DNA of 64,000 nucleotides. Origin: an uncultured Alistipes sp. Its GTDB lineage: Bacteria > Bacteroidota > Bacteroidia > Bacteroidales > UBA932. How positions within the stretch are numbered: position 1 is the first letter of the stretch; each line of letters begins with the position of its first letter. Location: assembly GCA_945787505.1 (NCBI GenBank), contig CALZHC010000001.1, positions 4,971-68,970 on the forward strand, given 5' to 3'. Of the stretch, positions 20,079 to 30,019 are shown one piece after another. The position numbers and the translations under genes are program-made. The notes beneath the pieces were generated by a model, which saw only the letters and a list, made by a program, of their open reading frames with translations, was not told the origin of the DNA and ran no database searches.

Positions 20079-21206
20079 TTAATATGTAATTCTTACAGGC
20101 ATCAACAGCGTACAGATATCCTCCTTGTCATCTGGCGATGGAGCAGCATTGACAATGAGAGCTGCAAGCGCATTGTTCGCGAGTTCGAAGCAGATATCAT
20201 CGTAAGGGAGGTTTGTCAATATATCTATAAGGAAAGGTGACTTGAAGCCGATTTCCAAGGGATCACCATCGTACTGACATGGCACATTCTCATTCGCCGA
20301 TATCGAAGAGTTCAGATCCTGTGCAGAGATATTGAGTTCATTGTACGAGATACTGAACTTGAGGCTTGATGTAGCTGGATTAGAACATATGGAGACACGC
20401 TTTGCTGCATTGAGAAGATCCTGTCTGTGGAGAATCAGCTTGTTAGGATTATTCTTGGGAATCACACTTCTGTAAGCGGGATATGTTCCTTCCACGAGTC
20501 TTCCTATAAGGATGATATTCTGGAATGAAAAATGGGCATTCTTTCCGTCAAAGCTGATATTCACAGGCTCATCACTTCTAGAGAGAAGCCCCTTGAGGAT
20601 GGATGCAGGTTTCTTAGGAAGAATGAACGAACTCTTCTCCTTTGCATTGATCCCTGAATGTGTATAGCAGACCAGTTTATGTGAATCTGATGCCACCAGC
20701 GAAGTTCCTTCGGGTGCCAAGTCGAAAAGAATACCGTTCATTACAGGGCGAAGAACCTCATCTGCAGTGGCATAGAGGGTATATCCTATACCGTTGAGCA
20801 GATCTTCGGAGGTAATTTCAGCTGTAGAAAACTCCTGACCCATTTTGGGATCTGCAGGGTAATACTCAGGATCAAAAAATGGGATGCTCTGCACTCCGTT
20901 TGCCCACTTGAGTTCTATGGTAGTACCGTCTTCAAGTGTAGTAAATTCAAGAGGAACATCGGGAAACTCCTTCAGAAGGTCTGTCAAGATTTTGGCAGGA
21001 ACTGCTACCGCACCCTCTTCCCCTACATTCTCTATATCAATGGTGGTCTTCAGTATCGTTTCAGAGTCTGAAGCCGTAATTTCAAGTCTATTATCTTTCA
21101 GATTGAAAAGGAAGTTTTCAAGGATGGGAGATGTGGTCTTTGTAATAACCTTCAGACCTGATGACAAGGCACGAAGAAGCTCGGAACTGGAAACTGTAAA
21201 ATTCAT
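20079..21206 (-). CDS. dnaN: DNA polymerase III beta sliding clamp
   Basis: 375 aa with three-domain clamp length. Begins MNFTVSSSELLRALS and ends with the LMPVRI motif typical of DnaN. Confidence 0.93.
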   Translation of the reverse strand: MNFTVSSSELLRALSSGLKVITKTTSPILENFLFNLKDNRLEITASDSETILKTTIDIENVGEEGAVAVPAKILTDLLKEFPDVPLEFTTLEDGTTIELKWANGVQSIPFFDPEYYPADPKMGQEFSTAEITSEDLLNGIGYTLYATADEVLRPVMNGILFDLAPEGTSLVASDSHKLVCYTHSGINAKEKSSFILPKKPASILKGLLSRSDEPVNISFDGKNAHFSFQNIILIGRLVEGTYPAYRSVIPKNNPNKLILHRQDLLNAAKRVSICSNPATSSLKFSISYNELNISAQDLNSSISANENVPCQYDGDPLEIGFKSPFLIDILTNLPYDDICFELANNALAALIVNAAPSPDDKEDICTLLMPVRITY

Positions 21207-21288
21207 ATAATAACTATTTTTGTTTTCCTTTATGTTACAAATACTGTCACAAAGATAGTAAAATATTTCGCGAATCGTTTTGTTTTTC

Positions 21289-21296
21289 TATTTTTG
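21289..21296 (+). promoter_or_regulatory. Candidate -7 box TATTTTTG for the tRNA-Thr gene
   Basis: Matches TAnnTTTG and ends 14 nt upstream of tRNA position 1. Confidence 0.4.
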
Positions 21297-21309
21297 CAGT
21301 TCCAAACAA

Positions 21310-21382
21310 GCCTCGTTAGCTCAGTTGGTAGAGCAGCTCATTCGTAATGAGCAGGTCGTGGGTTCGAGTCCCATATGAGGCT
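21310..21382 (+). tRNA. tRNA-Thr (anticodon CGT)
   Basis: Folded by hand. Acceptor GCCTCGT/ATGAGGC (one G-U), D-arm GCTC-AGTTGGTA-GAGC, anticodon arm GCTCA-TTCGTAA-TGAGC (anticodon CGT), variable loop AGGTC, T-arm GTGGG-TTCGAGT-CCCAT, discriminator T. CCA is not encoded. Confidence 0.9.
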
Positions 21383-21406
21383 CCTGCTGACAAATAGTCA
21401 GATACG

Positions 21407-21438
21407 AAACCGTACTACTTTATATGGTACGGTTTTTT
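21407..21438 (+). terminator. Intrinsic terminator after tRNA-Thr
   Basis: 9-bp stem AAACCGTAC / GTACGGTTT running into a T6 tract. Confidence 0.6.
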
Positions 21439-21469
21439 CATTCCGCTTCGCAAACAAACAATAATAATT

Positions 21470-22144
21470 ATGAGCTTGGAAATTCTACTTATCATCATTA
21501 TCGCAGTCGCCGGATTTATCGTTCAGGCCAAACTTGACGCAGTATTCAACAAATACTCCAAAGTGCTTTCACCCGGAGGAATGACCGGAAGAGAGATAGC
21601 GGAAAAGATGCTCAGGGATCACGGAATCCGTGATGTAAGGGTGGTCTCTGTCAGAGGAAGACTCACAGACCACTACAATCCCGCAGACAAGACCCTGAAT
21701 CTCTCCGAATCGGTCTACAACCATAACAGCGTTTCAGCTGCAGCTGTTGCCGCACACGAATGCGGACACGCCATCCAGCATGCCCAAGGATACGCACCTC
21801 TGAAACTCAGGTCTGCACTGGTTCCCGTAGTTCAGGTTTCATCTACGCTCTCGCAGCTGGTAATCATTGCAGGGATACTGCTTATAAACGTAATTCCCGG
21901 ACTCTATTGGCTGGGTATTGCAATGTTTGCAATGATTTTCATCTTCAGCTTAGTGACACTTCCTGTTGAATACAATGCATCCAACAGGGCATTGAGCTGG
22001 CTCGAGAGATCAAACACCCTCTCCGCATCCGAGGTGAACGGTGCCTCCATAACATTAAAATGGGCAGCAAGGACCTATCTGGTTTCTGCACTCAGTGCCC
22101 TCGCTACCCTAATCTATTATCTTGGATTCTCCAGAAGAGACTAA
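21470..22144 (+). CDS. Membrane zinc metallopeptidase (YugP / Zn_peptidase_2 family)
   Basis: 224 aa. N-terminal TM helix, HECGHAIQH (HExxH) and C-terminal TM helices. The layout is typical of the putative neutral zinc metallopeptidase family. Confidence 0.8.
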   Translation: MSLEILLIIIIAVAGFIVQAKLDAVFNKYSKVLSPGGMTGREIAEKMLRDHGIRDVRVVSVRGRLTDHYNPADKTLNLSESVYNHNSVSAAAVAAHECGHAIQHAQGYAPLKLRSALVPVVQVSSTLSQLVIIAGILLINVIPGLYWLGIAMFAMIFIFSLVTLPVEYNASNRALSWLERSNTLSASEVNGASITLKWAARTYLVSALSALATLIYYLGFSRRD

Positions 22145-22145
22145 T

Positions 22146-25073
22146 CTACTCAGGACGTTCCTGTTCCACAACAGTCTCCTTCAGAGATGAGTTGATCATC
22201 TCCATCAGTTTGAGAGTCCTCTCCTGAATATCATTCCTGCGCTCGGGCTTGAAGAGGTTCTTGTACCTTGTCGGAGTCAAAGCGAACTTCAGATCACCCA
22301 ATGAGCCCTTGACATCGAGTCCGAGCCGCACAGGGGAGAGACAGTCGAGATGATAATTGAATGACATATCCAGATTATGTCTACCTGATAGAATAACTTG
22401 ATAGTTATCCATACCTATCAGGAAAGGATAGATATCCACTTCATCTCTAAAAAGTGTGACATCCACCTCCAGCGAATCAATCTTGTTGACTGTCTTCTTG
22501 CTGAAAAGAAGCATCGAGGCTATCGTATCGAAAGTCTCACTGTCGAGAACCACCAGATCCTTGCCTTCAATCGAAGCTGCACCCAACAGAGTAGACTTCT
22601 TCGGCTGATACTTTGAATCAAGATTGGTCTGAAGGGCCAGATGAAACTCAGCCTCTCCTGAGAAAGATTTAAGCATCGGGACTACGGAATCAATAGCCGG
22701 GATCATATCTATCAGCTTGTCGATTTGAATCTCCATAAGATGAAAATCGAGACCTACAAAAAGGTGGTTCTTGCGAGGAGACTTGTACATCGCTGTCATC
22801 TGCATCCTGGCGGCATCCGAAGTGAAACCCAGCTGACGGACTACTGCTACTCCATCCTTCACAGTAATTTCCCCACGTACATTCTCTATATCCTGACCTA
22901 AAGCGTGAGCCCTTTTGATATCAGTATGTAAATTTACATCGACACCCATCGGCACGATAAAAGGCTCAGAATCATTCTCTTCAATATCACCACTCACCTC
23001 ACTCTCCTCACTTATCTCACCGCTTGCCATCTGAGCTGCCACTTCATTTTCTCCATTGCCTGCTTCGTTGCCTATTCCCTCATCAGCTCCATCATTTGTA
23101 CCAAAACCGCTCACAAGCTCAAGCAGTTCGTCGACATCAGCATTATCTGAGACAAAAGAGAGATCTGCAGTAAGAAGTCCCTTATCATCCAGATAATCAG
23201 ATATTGCAGTCACCACTCCCCTCAACGCAAAATCAGATTGTCCTATAACCACTCTGCTCTCATCCAGATAAAGAGAGTCATTCAAATAGGTAAAACGTAT
23301 ATCCGGAATACTCACTCTTTCGTCCATCGAAGAGAAAAAGAGGTTTCCTTCCTTAAAGTCTACATCCACTTCAGGATTCCACTCAGCAAGAAGAGTGGTT
23401 GCACTTGTATCCCTGCGCGAAAAGAGTCCGATAGAGATATTGCCCGTCTCGACCACCATAGAAGTATCCTGTGAGAAATAGAGTTCATTTGATTTATAGT
23501 CACATCTTATGGTGGGACATCCATCCTTCTGTTCCTTGTACGCAAGGGCCCCGGAGGGTCTGTGAACAGCAGCAGAGATATCGTTATACTGAGCGTCCAG
23601 TCCACCGAAAGAGAACCTGCACTTCAAATCGGCCGGAGATCCGGACAAAGGATTAGCCATATCCACAGCCACATCCGCATCAGTCAGAACAGCATAGAGC
23701 CCTGTGCCCACAGTAACATCCAGATCCGGAAAATCGACAGACAAAGCAAGTCTCTCATTGAGATCAAAATCAAGTGAAAGCGCCTTGGTATCAAAGAAGA
23801 GAGTATCACAATAAACAGCCTTGCAATCACTGAGTGCGACTCTTCCCTTGGCACGGATGCCATCGGCATCAAAATGCTCCAAAGAGCCCAGCGAACCGCA
23901 AGATGCGATATCACAACTCATTCTGCTTCTTTCGGAAATGGAAATATTATCAGGTAGAAACTCTCTAAACTTAGCAAGAGAAAGATCTGCAGACAAAGAA
24001 AGATCATAATTAATCTTATTAAGGTCTGGCGAATCGGCTTTAATAGCAAGAGAGACCGGTTCTGACTTCCAGAGATTACCGTCATAAGAGAGTTCACATG
24101 CAACAGAGGGAAGCATCTCATCTGCAAGATCTCCTTTCAATTCAAGAGTCACATTAAGAAGACCCTCCGGCGAATACTCATCAAAAAGGGGTAAAAGCGA
24201 AGGGGGCAAAATTCTCCGCACGTCTGCGATATTGCAATCTGAAACAGATAAAGAGAGATCGGTATCAAACCGTAAAGCATTATCCACCTTGACAGAGCCA
24301 TCAACATTAAGAGTACACTCACCCGCGGAAATATATGCCCTGTCCAGTCCCAGTTCCATACAGTCAAAAGCGAACCTGAAGGGAAGCATGACGGCAACAG
24401 GGAGAGATTCGTACCACACCTCGCTATCCATCACCACACGAGACGACTCACTTTTAAAGTCTAAATGACCATCTGCATCCTCTCCATCCATCTTCAGACC
24501 AAGATCCAGAGAGACACCATCGAGCTCAGCCCTCATTGAAGAATCCACTCCGTACAATATAGTGAGGTTGGAAGCCTTGACCTTCCTGATATCCACTATA
24601 TCAAAAGGAACCATATCCTTTAGTTCACCAATTCCGGAACCTGTTTCCAGCTCTTCTTTCACCTCTTCTTTCACTTCCTCTCCTTCACTCATCAGTGCAA
24701 GAAGGGCATCGACATCCACCTTGCCGTCAGAAATACTCAGTTCCTCTAAAACTATTTCATTCCTTCTGAGAAACGCCATTAAATCTATATCGACAAATAC
24801 CTCTGAGAGTCCGACTGAACAATCCTGGAGATCTGTCCCCCCGACACGAATATCACTGATCCTAACAGAAAAATTGGGAAAGCTCCTGAAAAAAACAAGG
24901 TCAGCCCTTGAAAAATCCACCTTGAAGGGAAGATTCTTGTCAAGCTGACCCTTAACTATCGGAGTTATATATTCAGGAGTGAAGATGACAGTACATACAA
25001 CGACCAATGCCAGAACCACTATAGTGAGGAGAGATCCGGCAATGGCAAGAGTTACCTTGACCCACTTCTTCAT
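22146..25073 (-). CDS. Large AsmA/TamB-like envelope protein (N-terminal membrane anchor, long beta-rich region)
   Basis: 975 aa. Single N-terminal TM (LAIAGSLLTIVVLALVVVCTVIF), a long repetitive beta-strand-like sequence, an acidic low-complexity insert, and a C-terminal region resembling the AsmA-like C-terminus. Assigned by architecture only. Confidence 0.5.
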   Translation of the reverse strand: MKKWVKVTLAIAGSLLTIVVLALVVVCTVIFTPEYITPIVKGQLDKNLPFKVDFSRADLVFFRSFPNFSVRISDIRVGGTDLQDCSVGLSEVFVDIDLMAFLRRNEIVLEELSISDGKVDVDALLALMSEGEEVKEEVKEELETGSGIGELKDMVPFDIVDIRKVKASNLTILYGVDSSMRAELDGVSLDLGLKMDGEDADGHLDFKSESSRVVMDSEVWYESLPVAVMLPFRFAFDCMELGLDRAYISAGECTLNVDGSVKVDNALRFDTDLSLSVSDCNIADVRRILPPSLLPLFDEYSPEGLLNVTLELKGDLADEMLPSVACELSYDGNLWKSEPVSLAIKADSPDLNKINYDLSLSADLSLAKFREFLPDNISISERSRMSCDIASCGSLGSLEHFDADGIRAKGRVALSDCKAVYCDTLFFDTKALSLDFDLNERLALSVDFPDLDVTVGTGLYAVLTDADVAVDMANPLSGSPADLKCRFSFGGLDAQYNDISAAVHRPSGALAYKEQKDGCPTIRCDYKSNELYFSQDTSMVVETGNISIGLFSRRDTSATTLLAEWNPEVDVDFKEGNLFFSSMDERVSIPDIRFTYLNDSLYLDESRVVIGQSDFALRGVVTAISDYLDDKGLLTADLSFVSDNADVDELLELVSGFGTNDGADEGIGNEAGNGENEVAAQMASGEISEESEVSGDIEENDSEPFIVPMGVDVNLHTDIKRAHALGQDIENVRGEITVKDGVAVVRQLGFTSDAARMQMTAMYKSPRKNHLFVGLDFHLMEIQIDKLIDMIPAIDSVVPMLKSFSGEAEFHLALQTNLDSKYQPKKSTLLGAASIEGKDLVVLDSETFDTIASMLLFSKKTVNKIDSLEVDVTLFRDEVDIYPFLIGMDNYQVILSGRHNLDMSFNYHLDCLSPVRLGLDVKGSLGDLKFALTPTRYKNLFKPERRNDIQERTLKLMEMINSSLKETVVEQERPE

Positions 25074-25088
25074 AAAACTTCATCCCGA

Positions 25089-25475
25089 TTATTTTACCTT
25101 TGAGAAAGAGAAGACCTTGCCGAAGTCATCCTCATAGACAAGGGTGTCCTGTGTAAGAGTGGTGACAGTATAGACCTTGGGAACTGAAGCCTTCGTTCCG
25201 GATGCACTGATCTCTGTAACATAGATATGGGTAAATTCGGCATTTACAAGACTCCATTCAAAACTCATAGCCTCATCTTCCGTAACATCATCAGCCTCAT
25301 CCCATGTCTTGCCCGTATGGTTCGACGCATACGAGTAGAAAAGAGATCCTGACTGCCATTTTCCGTAGAGAAAAGTCTCGTCAAATTTAGGCTCATCTTT
25401 CTTACCGCCTGTAAGACAAGACGATACACATAGAAGTGCAAGACTCAGAGCCATCAAAACTGAAATTTTCTTCAT
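25089..25475 (-). CDS. Small lipoprotein, lipocalin-like
   Basis: 128 aa. Signal peptide and lipobox (CVSSC), and a GKWQ motif common in lipocalin-like Bacteroidetes lipoproteins. Confidence 0.5.
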   Translation of the reverse strand: MKKISVLMALSLALLCVSSCLTGGKKDEPKFDETFLYGKWQSGSLFYSYASNHTGKTWDEADDVTEDEAMSFEWSLVNAEFTHIYVTEISASGTKASVPKVYTVTTLTQDTLVYEDDFGKVFSFSKVK

Positions 25476-25505
25476 AACTGTAAGACTTTTATAGATACAA
25501 CATAA

Positions 25506-26600
25506 CTATTCACCTGCAGCAGCTTTGAGACGCTCAGCATTTTCAGCAATCTGAAGCTGGTCGAGAACCTCCTGAATGTCACCATCCATAAATACCGGAA
25601 GATTATACATGGTGTAGTTGATACGGTGATCCGTCACACGGGACTGGGGATAATTGTAGGTCCTGATCTTTGCAGAACGGTCACCTGTTGAGACCATTGT
25701 CTTTCTCTTGGTTGAAATTTCGTTGAGATATTTCTCATATTCCAGATTATAAAGACGGGTTCTCAATTCAGCAAGAGCCTTGTCAAAGTTCTTGAGCTGA
25801 GACTTTTCATCCTGACACTGAACTACCAGTCCTGTAGGAATGTGAGTAAGACGGATGGCCGAATATGTCGTATTTACAGACTGTCCGCCAGGACCTGAAG
25901 AGCAGAAGGTATCCTTGCGGATATCATTCATATTCAGTTCAACGTCAAATTCATCCGCCTCCGGAAGTACTACCACTGAAGATGCCGATGTATGCACACG
26001 TCCCTGAGTTTCAGTCTGTGGCACGCGCTGCACGCGATGGACACCACTTTCGTATTTGAGGATACCATAGACACCCTGTCCGCTGACCTTGAAGATAATC
26101 TCCTTGTAACCACCTGAAGCGCCCTCACTCTGGCTGCTGATCTCAAGTTTCCATCCCTTCCTTTCGCAGAATTTGGCATACATCCTGAAAAGGTCTCCGG
26201 CAAAGATGGCAGCTTCGTCACCGCCTGTACCGCCGCGAATTTCCACCATCGCATTCTTTTCATCCTGTGGATCTTTGGGGATAAGGAGCAACTTGATCTC
26301 CTCCTCCATCTGCGGAATCATGGATTCGAGAGTAGCCACCTCTTCCTTTGCAAGCTCTCTCAGATCCTCATCCTTCTCGACAGAAAGGATTTCCTTCGCT
26401 GCTTCAAAATCAGTAATAATCTTGATATACTTATCCGCTGCCGCAACTATAGGCTCAAGCTCCTTATACTCGCGGTTGAGCTGGATATATTTCTTCATGT
26501 CAGCCATCGCCTCTGAAGAAGAGAGCATATCAGAGAGCGTGGCATATTTCTTTTTGAGCTCCTCCAGCTTCTCCACCAGAGGATAGTCGTTCCTATTCAT
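25506..26600 (-). CDS. prfA: Peptide chain release factor 1
   Basis: 364 aa. GGQ motif (SGPGGQSVNTT), RF1-type PxT codon-recognition tripeptide (RVPQTETQGRVHTS), and no internal frameshift site. Confidence 0.95.
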   Translation of the reverse strand: MNRNDYPLVEKLEELKKKYATLSDMLSSSEAMADMKKYIQLNREYKELEPIVAAADKYIKIITDFEAAKEILSVEKDEDLRELAKEEVATLESMIPQMEEEIKLLLIPKDPQDEKNAMVEIRGGTGGDEAAIFAGDLFRMYAKFCERKGWKLEISSQSEGASGGYKEIIFKVSGQGVYGILKYESGVHRVQRVPQTETQGRVHTSASSVVVLPEADEFDVELNMNDIRKDTFCSSGPGGQSVNTTYSAIRLTHIPTGLVVQCQDEKSQLKNFDKALAELRTRLYNLEYEKYLNEISTKRKTMVSTGDRSAKIRTYNYPQSRVTDHRINYTMYNLPVFMDGDIQEVLDQLQIAENAERLKAAAGE

Positions 26601-26625
26601 TATATATATATTGCGTTATTTTATA

Positions 26626-28302
26626 TTATTCCATCAGTTTCTTGTATTTGAACCTCTTTGGCTCTTCATTACCCAGACGGCGCTTTCGGTTCTCTTCGTA
26701 CTCACTGTAAGTTCCTTCAAAGAAATAGACCTGCGAATCGCCTTCGAAAGCTAAAATATGAGTTGCAATCCTGTCGAGGAACCATCTGTCATGTGAGATC
26801 ACGACAGCACATCCCGCAAAGTTCTCAAGTCCCTCTTCCAGAGCACGTATGGTGTTTACATCCACATCATTGGTAGGTTCGTCCAAAAGGAGCACGTTGC
26901 CCTCATCCTTGAGTGTCAACGCCAGATGCAATCTGTTTCTCTCACCACCGGAAAGAATGCCGCATAACTTTTCCTGGTCAGCTCCGGAGAAGTTGAAACG
27001 GGAGACATACGCACGTGCATTAACATCTCTCTTGCCTAACTTTACGAAATCAAGTCCGTCCGAGATAGTCTCAAAGACAGTCTTGTCAGGGTCGATACTC
27101 TTGTGCTGCTGGTCGACATAAGCAAGTTTCACAGTCTCTCCTATCGAAATGGTTCCCGTATCGGGTTTTTCAAGTCCCATTATGAGTCTGAAGAGTGTTG
27201 TCTTTCCGGCACCATTCGGTCCAATCACACCTACGATACCGGCCGGAGGAAGTACAAAGTTAAGATTCTCGAAGAGAAGCTTATCTCCATACGATTTGGA
27301 TACATTATTGAACTCGATGACTCTGTTACCGAGCCTGGGACCATTGGGGATGTAGAGTTCGAGAGCGGCCTCCTTTTCGCGTGCATCTGCACCGGCAAGC
27401 TTTTCATATGCTCCAAGACGGGCTTTCGATTTGGCCTGACGGGCCTTTGGAGCCATTCTGACCCACTCAAGCTCCCTTTCAAGAGTCTTGCGACGCTTGC
27501 TCTCCTGCTTCTCCTCCATCTCAAGTCTTTTGCTCTTCTGGTCAAGCCACGAAGAGTAGTTACCTTTCCATGGAATACCCTCTCCCCTGTCAAGTTCCAA
27601 AATCCACCCTGCCACATTGTCAAGGAAATATCTGTCATGGGTGACAGCAATGACAGTTCCCTTATACTTTCTAAGGTGTTCTTCGAGCCAAAGGATACTT
27701 TCAGTATCCAGATGGTTGGTCGGTTCGTCAAGCAGGAGTACATCGGGCTGCTGGAGCAACAAGCGGCAAAGCGCCACACGACGGCGTTCCCCTCCGCTCA
27801 GATTTGCAACAAGTGCATCTGAGGGGGGACATTGCAGGGCATCCATGGCCCTCTCGAGTTTGGAATCAATCTCCCATCCCTGACAATGGTCTATCTTCTC
27901 TGTCAATTCACCCTGGCGCACGATGAGTTCATTCATCTCTTCGTCACTCATGGGCTCCATGAACTTGTTATTTACCTCCTCATATTCAGCGAGCAGATCC
28001 ATCACATCCTTGACTCCTTCTCTGACAACATCTATGACCCTCTTGTCTGAATCCATCTGAGGTTCCTGTTCAAGGTAACCCACAGAGTAGCCTGGCGCCC
28101 AGACCACTTCCCCTTTATATGACTTCTCCACCCCTGCGATAATCTTCATCAAAGTGGACTTTCCGGATCCGTTAAGACCTATGATACCTATTTTCGCACC
28201 ATAAAAAAATGAAAGATAGATATCCTTGAGTATCGTTTTGTTGTTGTGCGGTAGAGTCTTACCGACACCGTTCATTGAAAAAATAATCTTTTCGTCTGCC
28301 AT
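26626..28302 (-). CDS. ettA: ABC-F translational throttle ATPase EttA
   Basis: 558 aa. Two ABC cassettes (GLNGSGKST / LSGGERRR..LLLDEPTNHLD; GPNGAGKTT / LSGGERNR..LLLDEPTNDVD), no TM domain, and an N-terminal IFSMNGVGK typical of EttA. Confidence 0.93.
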   Translation of the reverse strand: MADEKIIFSMNGVGKTLPHNNKTILKDIYLSFFYGAKIGIIGLNGSGKSTLMKIIAGVEKSYKGEVVWAPGYSVGYLEQEPQMDSDKRVIDVVREGVKDVMDLLAEYEEVNNKFMEPMSDEEMNELIVRQGELTEKIDHCQGWEIDSKLERAMDALQCPPSDALVANLSGGERRRVALCRLLLQQPDVLLLDEPTNHLDTESILWLEEHLRKYKGTVIAVTHDRYFLDNVAGWILELDRGEGIPWKGNYSSWLDQKSKRLEMEEKQESKRRKTLERELEWVRMAPKARQAKSKARLGAYEKLAGADAREKEAALELYIPNGPRLGNRVIEFNNVSKSYGDKLLFENLNFVLPPAGIVGVIGPNGAGKTTLFRLIMGLEKPDTGTISIGETVKLAYVDQQHKSIDPDKTVFETISDGLDFVKLGKRDVNARAYVSRFNFSGADQEKLCGILSGGERNRLHLALTLKDEGNVLLLDEPTNDVDVNTIRALEEGLENFAGCAVVISHDRWFLDRIATHILAFEGDSQVYFFEGTYSEYEENRKRRLGNEEPKRFKYKKLME

Positions 28303-28364
28303 ATATTCAAAAATTGAGTCTCAAAGGTAATTGTTTTTTTTGAATTATGGAGAAAGATAGTATC

Positions 28365-28385
28365 TTTGGCAAAATTTTTGAATAA
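28365..28385 (+). promoter_or_regulatory. Conserved 21-nt upstream block TTTGGCAAAATTTTTGAATAA (copy 1)
   Basis: Identical at 20 of 21 positions to 29960-29980 upstream of the second paralogue. Contains the small palindrome TTTG-G-CAAA. Confidence 0.35.
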
Positions 28386-28390
28386 ATTTG
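28383..28390 (+). promoter_or_regulatory. Candidate -7 box TAAATTTG for lipoprotein paralogue 1
   Basis: Matches TAnnTTTG and ends 32 nt upstream of ATG 28422. Confidence 0.4.
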
Positions 28391-28421
28391 CAATTCGAAC
28401 ATCGTTTTAACTATTTATTTT

Positions 28422-29756
28422 ATGAAAAAAGTAATTTTTGCAATTGTGGGAGCTCTCGCCCTCACATCTGTGGTTTCTTCTTGTAACAAGGAACAGAAAG
28501 AAGACCCTAAGGGAGACAAGCTTGCTACTCCCAAGAACATCTCAGTAAAGGATATTACTCCTGAATCAGTTACCCTCACATGGGATGCTGTAAGCGGTGC
28601 TGAACGCTATGCTTACATCGTTGATGCAGCTGAAGCCGGCGAATTCAAAGGCGAAGCTACCACCAATGAAGCTACCATCAGTGTTGCTACCAACGTTGCC
28701 CACACATTCGCTGTAAAGGCTACCGCTGCCGGCAAGACAGATTCTGACTTCGCTCAGTTCACCATCCCTGCACAGAAAGGTTCATTCACAGCTACTATCA
28801 AGGTTAGCGACATCACCAGCAGCTCAGCAGTGGTAACAGTAACCCCCGATAGCAATGACGGTTATACATGTGTTTATATCGATGATGAGACTTACAACCA
28901 GCTCTCTGAAGAAGATATCCTCAGCACTATCGTATCTAATGTAACTGCAGGTCAGTTTCAACTTTATCAGGGTGAACAGTCTATTGAAATTACCGGCCTT
29001 GCACACTCAACCAAATACTATGCATTGGTTGTAGGTTTTGACAGCAATAATGAAGCTATCAGCGACCTCCTCAAAGAAGGTTTCACCACTGAAGCTTGGG
29101 CAGGTCCCTCAGATGAAATCAAGGAATGGCTTGGTTCATACACCTTCACATTCGAAAAGACCCTCAGATGGTATATCGGAGAGAAATATGTTGAAAGCGA
29201 AATTCTGGATACCCCTGTAACCAAAGAGGTAGAAATCGTAGCTTATGAAGGTCAGGATGCAGCTCTCATCTACGGTATTTCTAACCTTGATGAACTTTTC
29301 GGAGAATCACTTCCAGCTATTGCAGTTCTTGGTGAAAACAACGAACTTCTTCCTTTAACCGGAGTTCAGGTAGCTGACGCTCAAGAAGGATATGCTCCTA
29401 CTTGGCTTGCATATTGCTACTGCGATGGACATAACGATTACTACTTCGTAACAGGAGAATATGGTGCATACTCAATGGCTAATGGTGAAGGTACACCTTA
29501 TACCGGAACACTCAGCGACCAGAGCACTTTCACTGTTACTTCATTCGCAATCTATGCATACGGTGATCAGATTTCATTCTACGATTTCTCAGATGAAAGC
29601 GTTACTGAAGTATTCCATCCCGCAGGAAAATTCACCTACACCAAGAAGAACGATGCTCCTGCAGCTTACAGAACCAGAGAATTCTTCCAGATGGGCGAAA
29701 ACTTCAAACCCCTCAACATCAAGAATCTTTCAGGAATCAAAGCTATAGAAAAGTAA
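28422..29756 (+). CDS. Fn3-containing surface lipoprotein of unknown function, paralogue 1 of 3
   Basis: 444 aa. Signal peptide and lipobox (SVVSSC), an Fn3-like module (ITPESVTLTWDAVSGAERYAYIVD), a second Ig-like module (TGLAHSTKYYALVVGF), and a roughly 220-aa C-terminal domain I cannot assign (WLGSYTFTFEK...LPAIAVLGENNELLP...EGYAPTW...GEGTPYTG...FHPAGKFTYTK). Confidence 0.75.
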   Translation: MKKVIFAIVGALALTSVVSSCNKEQKEDPKGDKLATPKNISVKDITPESVTLTWDAVSGAERYAYIVDAAEAGEFKGEATTNEATISVATNVAHTFAVKATAAGKTDSDFAQFTIPAQKGSFTATIKVSDITSSSAVVTVTPDSNDGYTCVYIDDETYNQLSEEDILSTIVSNVTAGQFQLYQGEQSIEITGLAHSTKYYALVVGFDSNNEAISDLLKEGFTTEAWAGPSDEIKEWLGSYTFTFEKTLRWYIGEKYVESEILDTPVTKEVEIVAYEGQDAALIYGISNLDELFGESLPAIAVLGENNELLPLTGVQVADAQEGYAPTWLAYCYCDGHNDYYFVTGEYGAYSMANGEGTPYTGTLSDQSTFTVTSFAIYAYGDQISFYDFSDESVTEVFHPAGKFTYTKKNDAPAAYRTREFFQMGENFKPLNIKNLSGIKAIEK

Positions 29757-29776
29757 TTTTTGTGTTTCTATATTTT

Positions 29777-29819
29777 GAGGGTAACCCAATTGCGAAAGCA
29801 GAGGGTTACCCTCTTTTTT
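29777..29819 (+). terminator. Intrinsic terminator after paralogue 1
   Basis: Perfect 11-bp GC-rich stem GAGGGTAACCC / GGGTTACCCTC followed by T6. Confidence 0.8.
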
Positions 29820-29959
29820 ATGTCCAATCGGAAATTATTTTCGATGGAACTATATAACTATATATTCATTTGACTCTTAATAATTTAAAATCAGATTTCA
29901 TTGTTGTTTACACATATTCTTATACAGATTCTAAAATAGAAAATACTGTAATTTAATTA

Positions 29960-29980
29960 GTTTGGCAAAATCTTTGAATA
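29960..29980 (+). promoter_or_regulatory. Conserved 21-nt upstream block TTTGGCAAAATCTTTGAATAA (copy 2)
   Basis: 20 of 21 positions identical to 28365-28385. Confidence 0.35.
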
Positions 29981-29987
29981 ATACTTC

Positions 29988-29995
29988 TTATGTTT
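29988..29995 (+). promoter_or_regulatory. Candidate -7 box TATGTTTG for lipoprotein paralogue 2
   Basis: Matches TAnnTTTG and ends 25 nt upstream of ATG 30020. Confidence 0.4.
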
Positions 29996-30019
29996 GAAAA
30001 ATTTTGTTAAATTAATTTT

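Noticed and set aside
21207-21309. Region upstream of dnaN as a possible replication origin; perfect DnaA-box-like TTATCCACA at 6545-6553 and 62172-62180
   Set aside because: The dnaN upstream gap is only about 100 nt, contains no DnaA-box cluster or AT-rich unwinding repeats, and dnaA is not adjacent. The two TTATCCACA matches are single, widely separated and inside coding sequence (tex and a GT), consistent with chance.
27103-27822. 239-aa plus-strand ORF and 182-aa minus-strand alternative frame inside ettA
   Set aside because: ettA is unambiguous, with two complete ABC cassettes. The overlapping ORFs have no motifs and are frame shadows.
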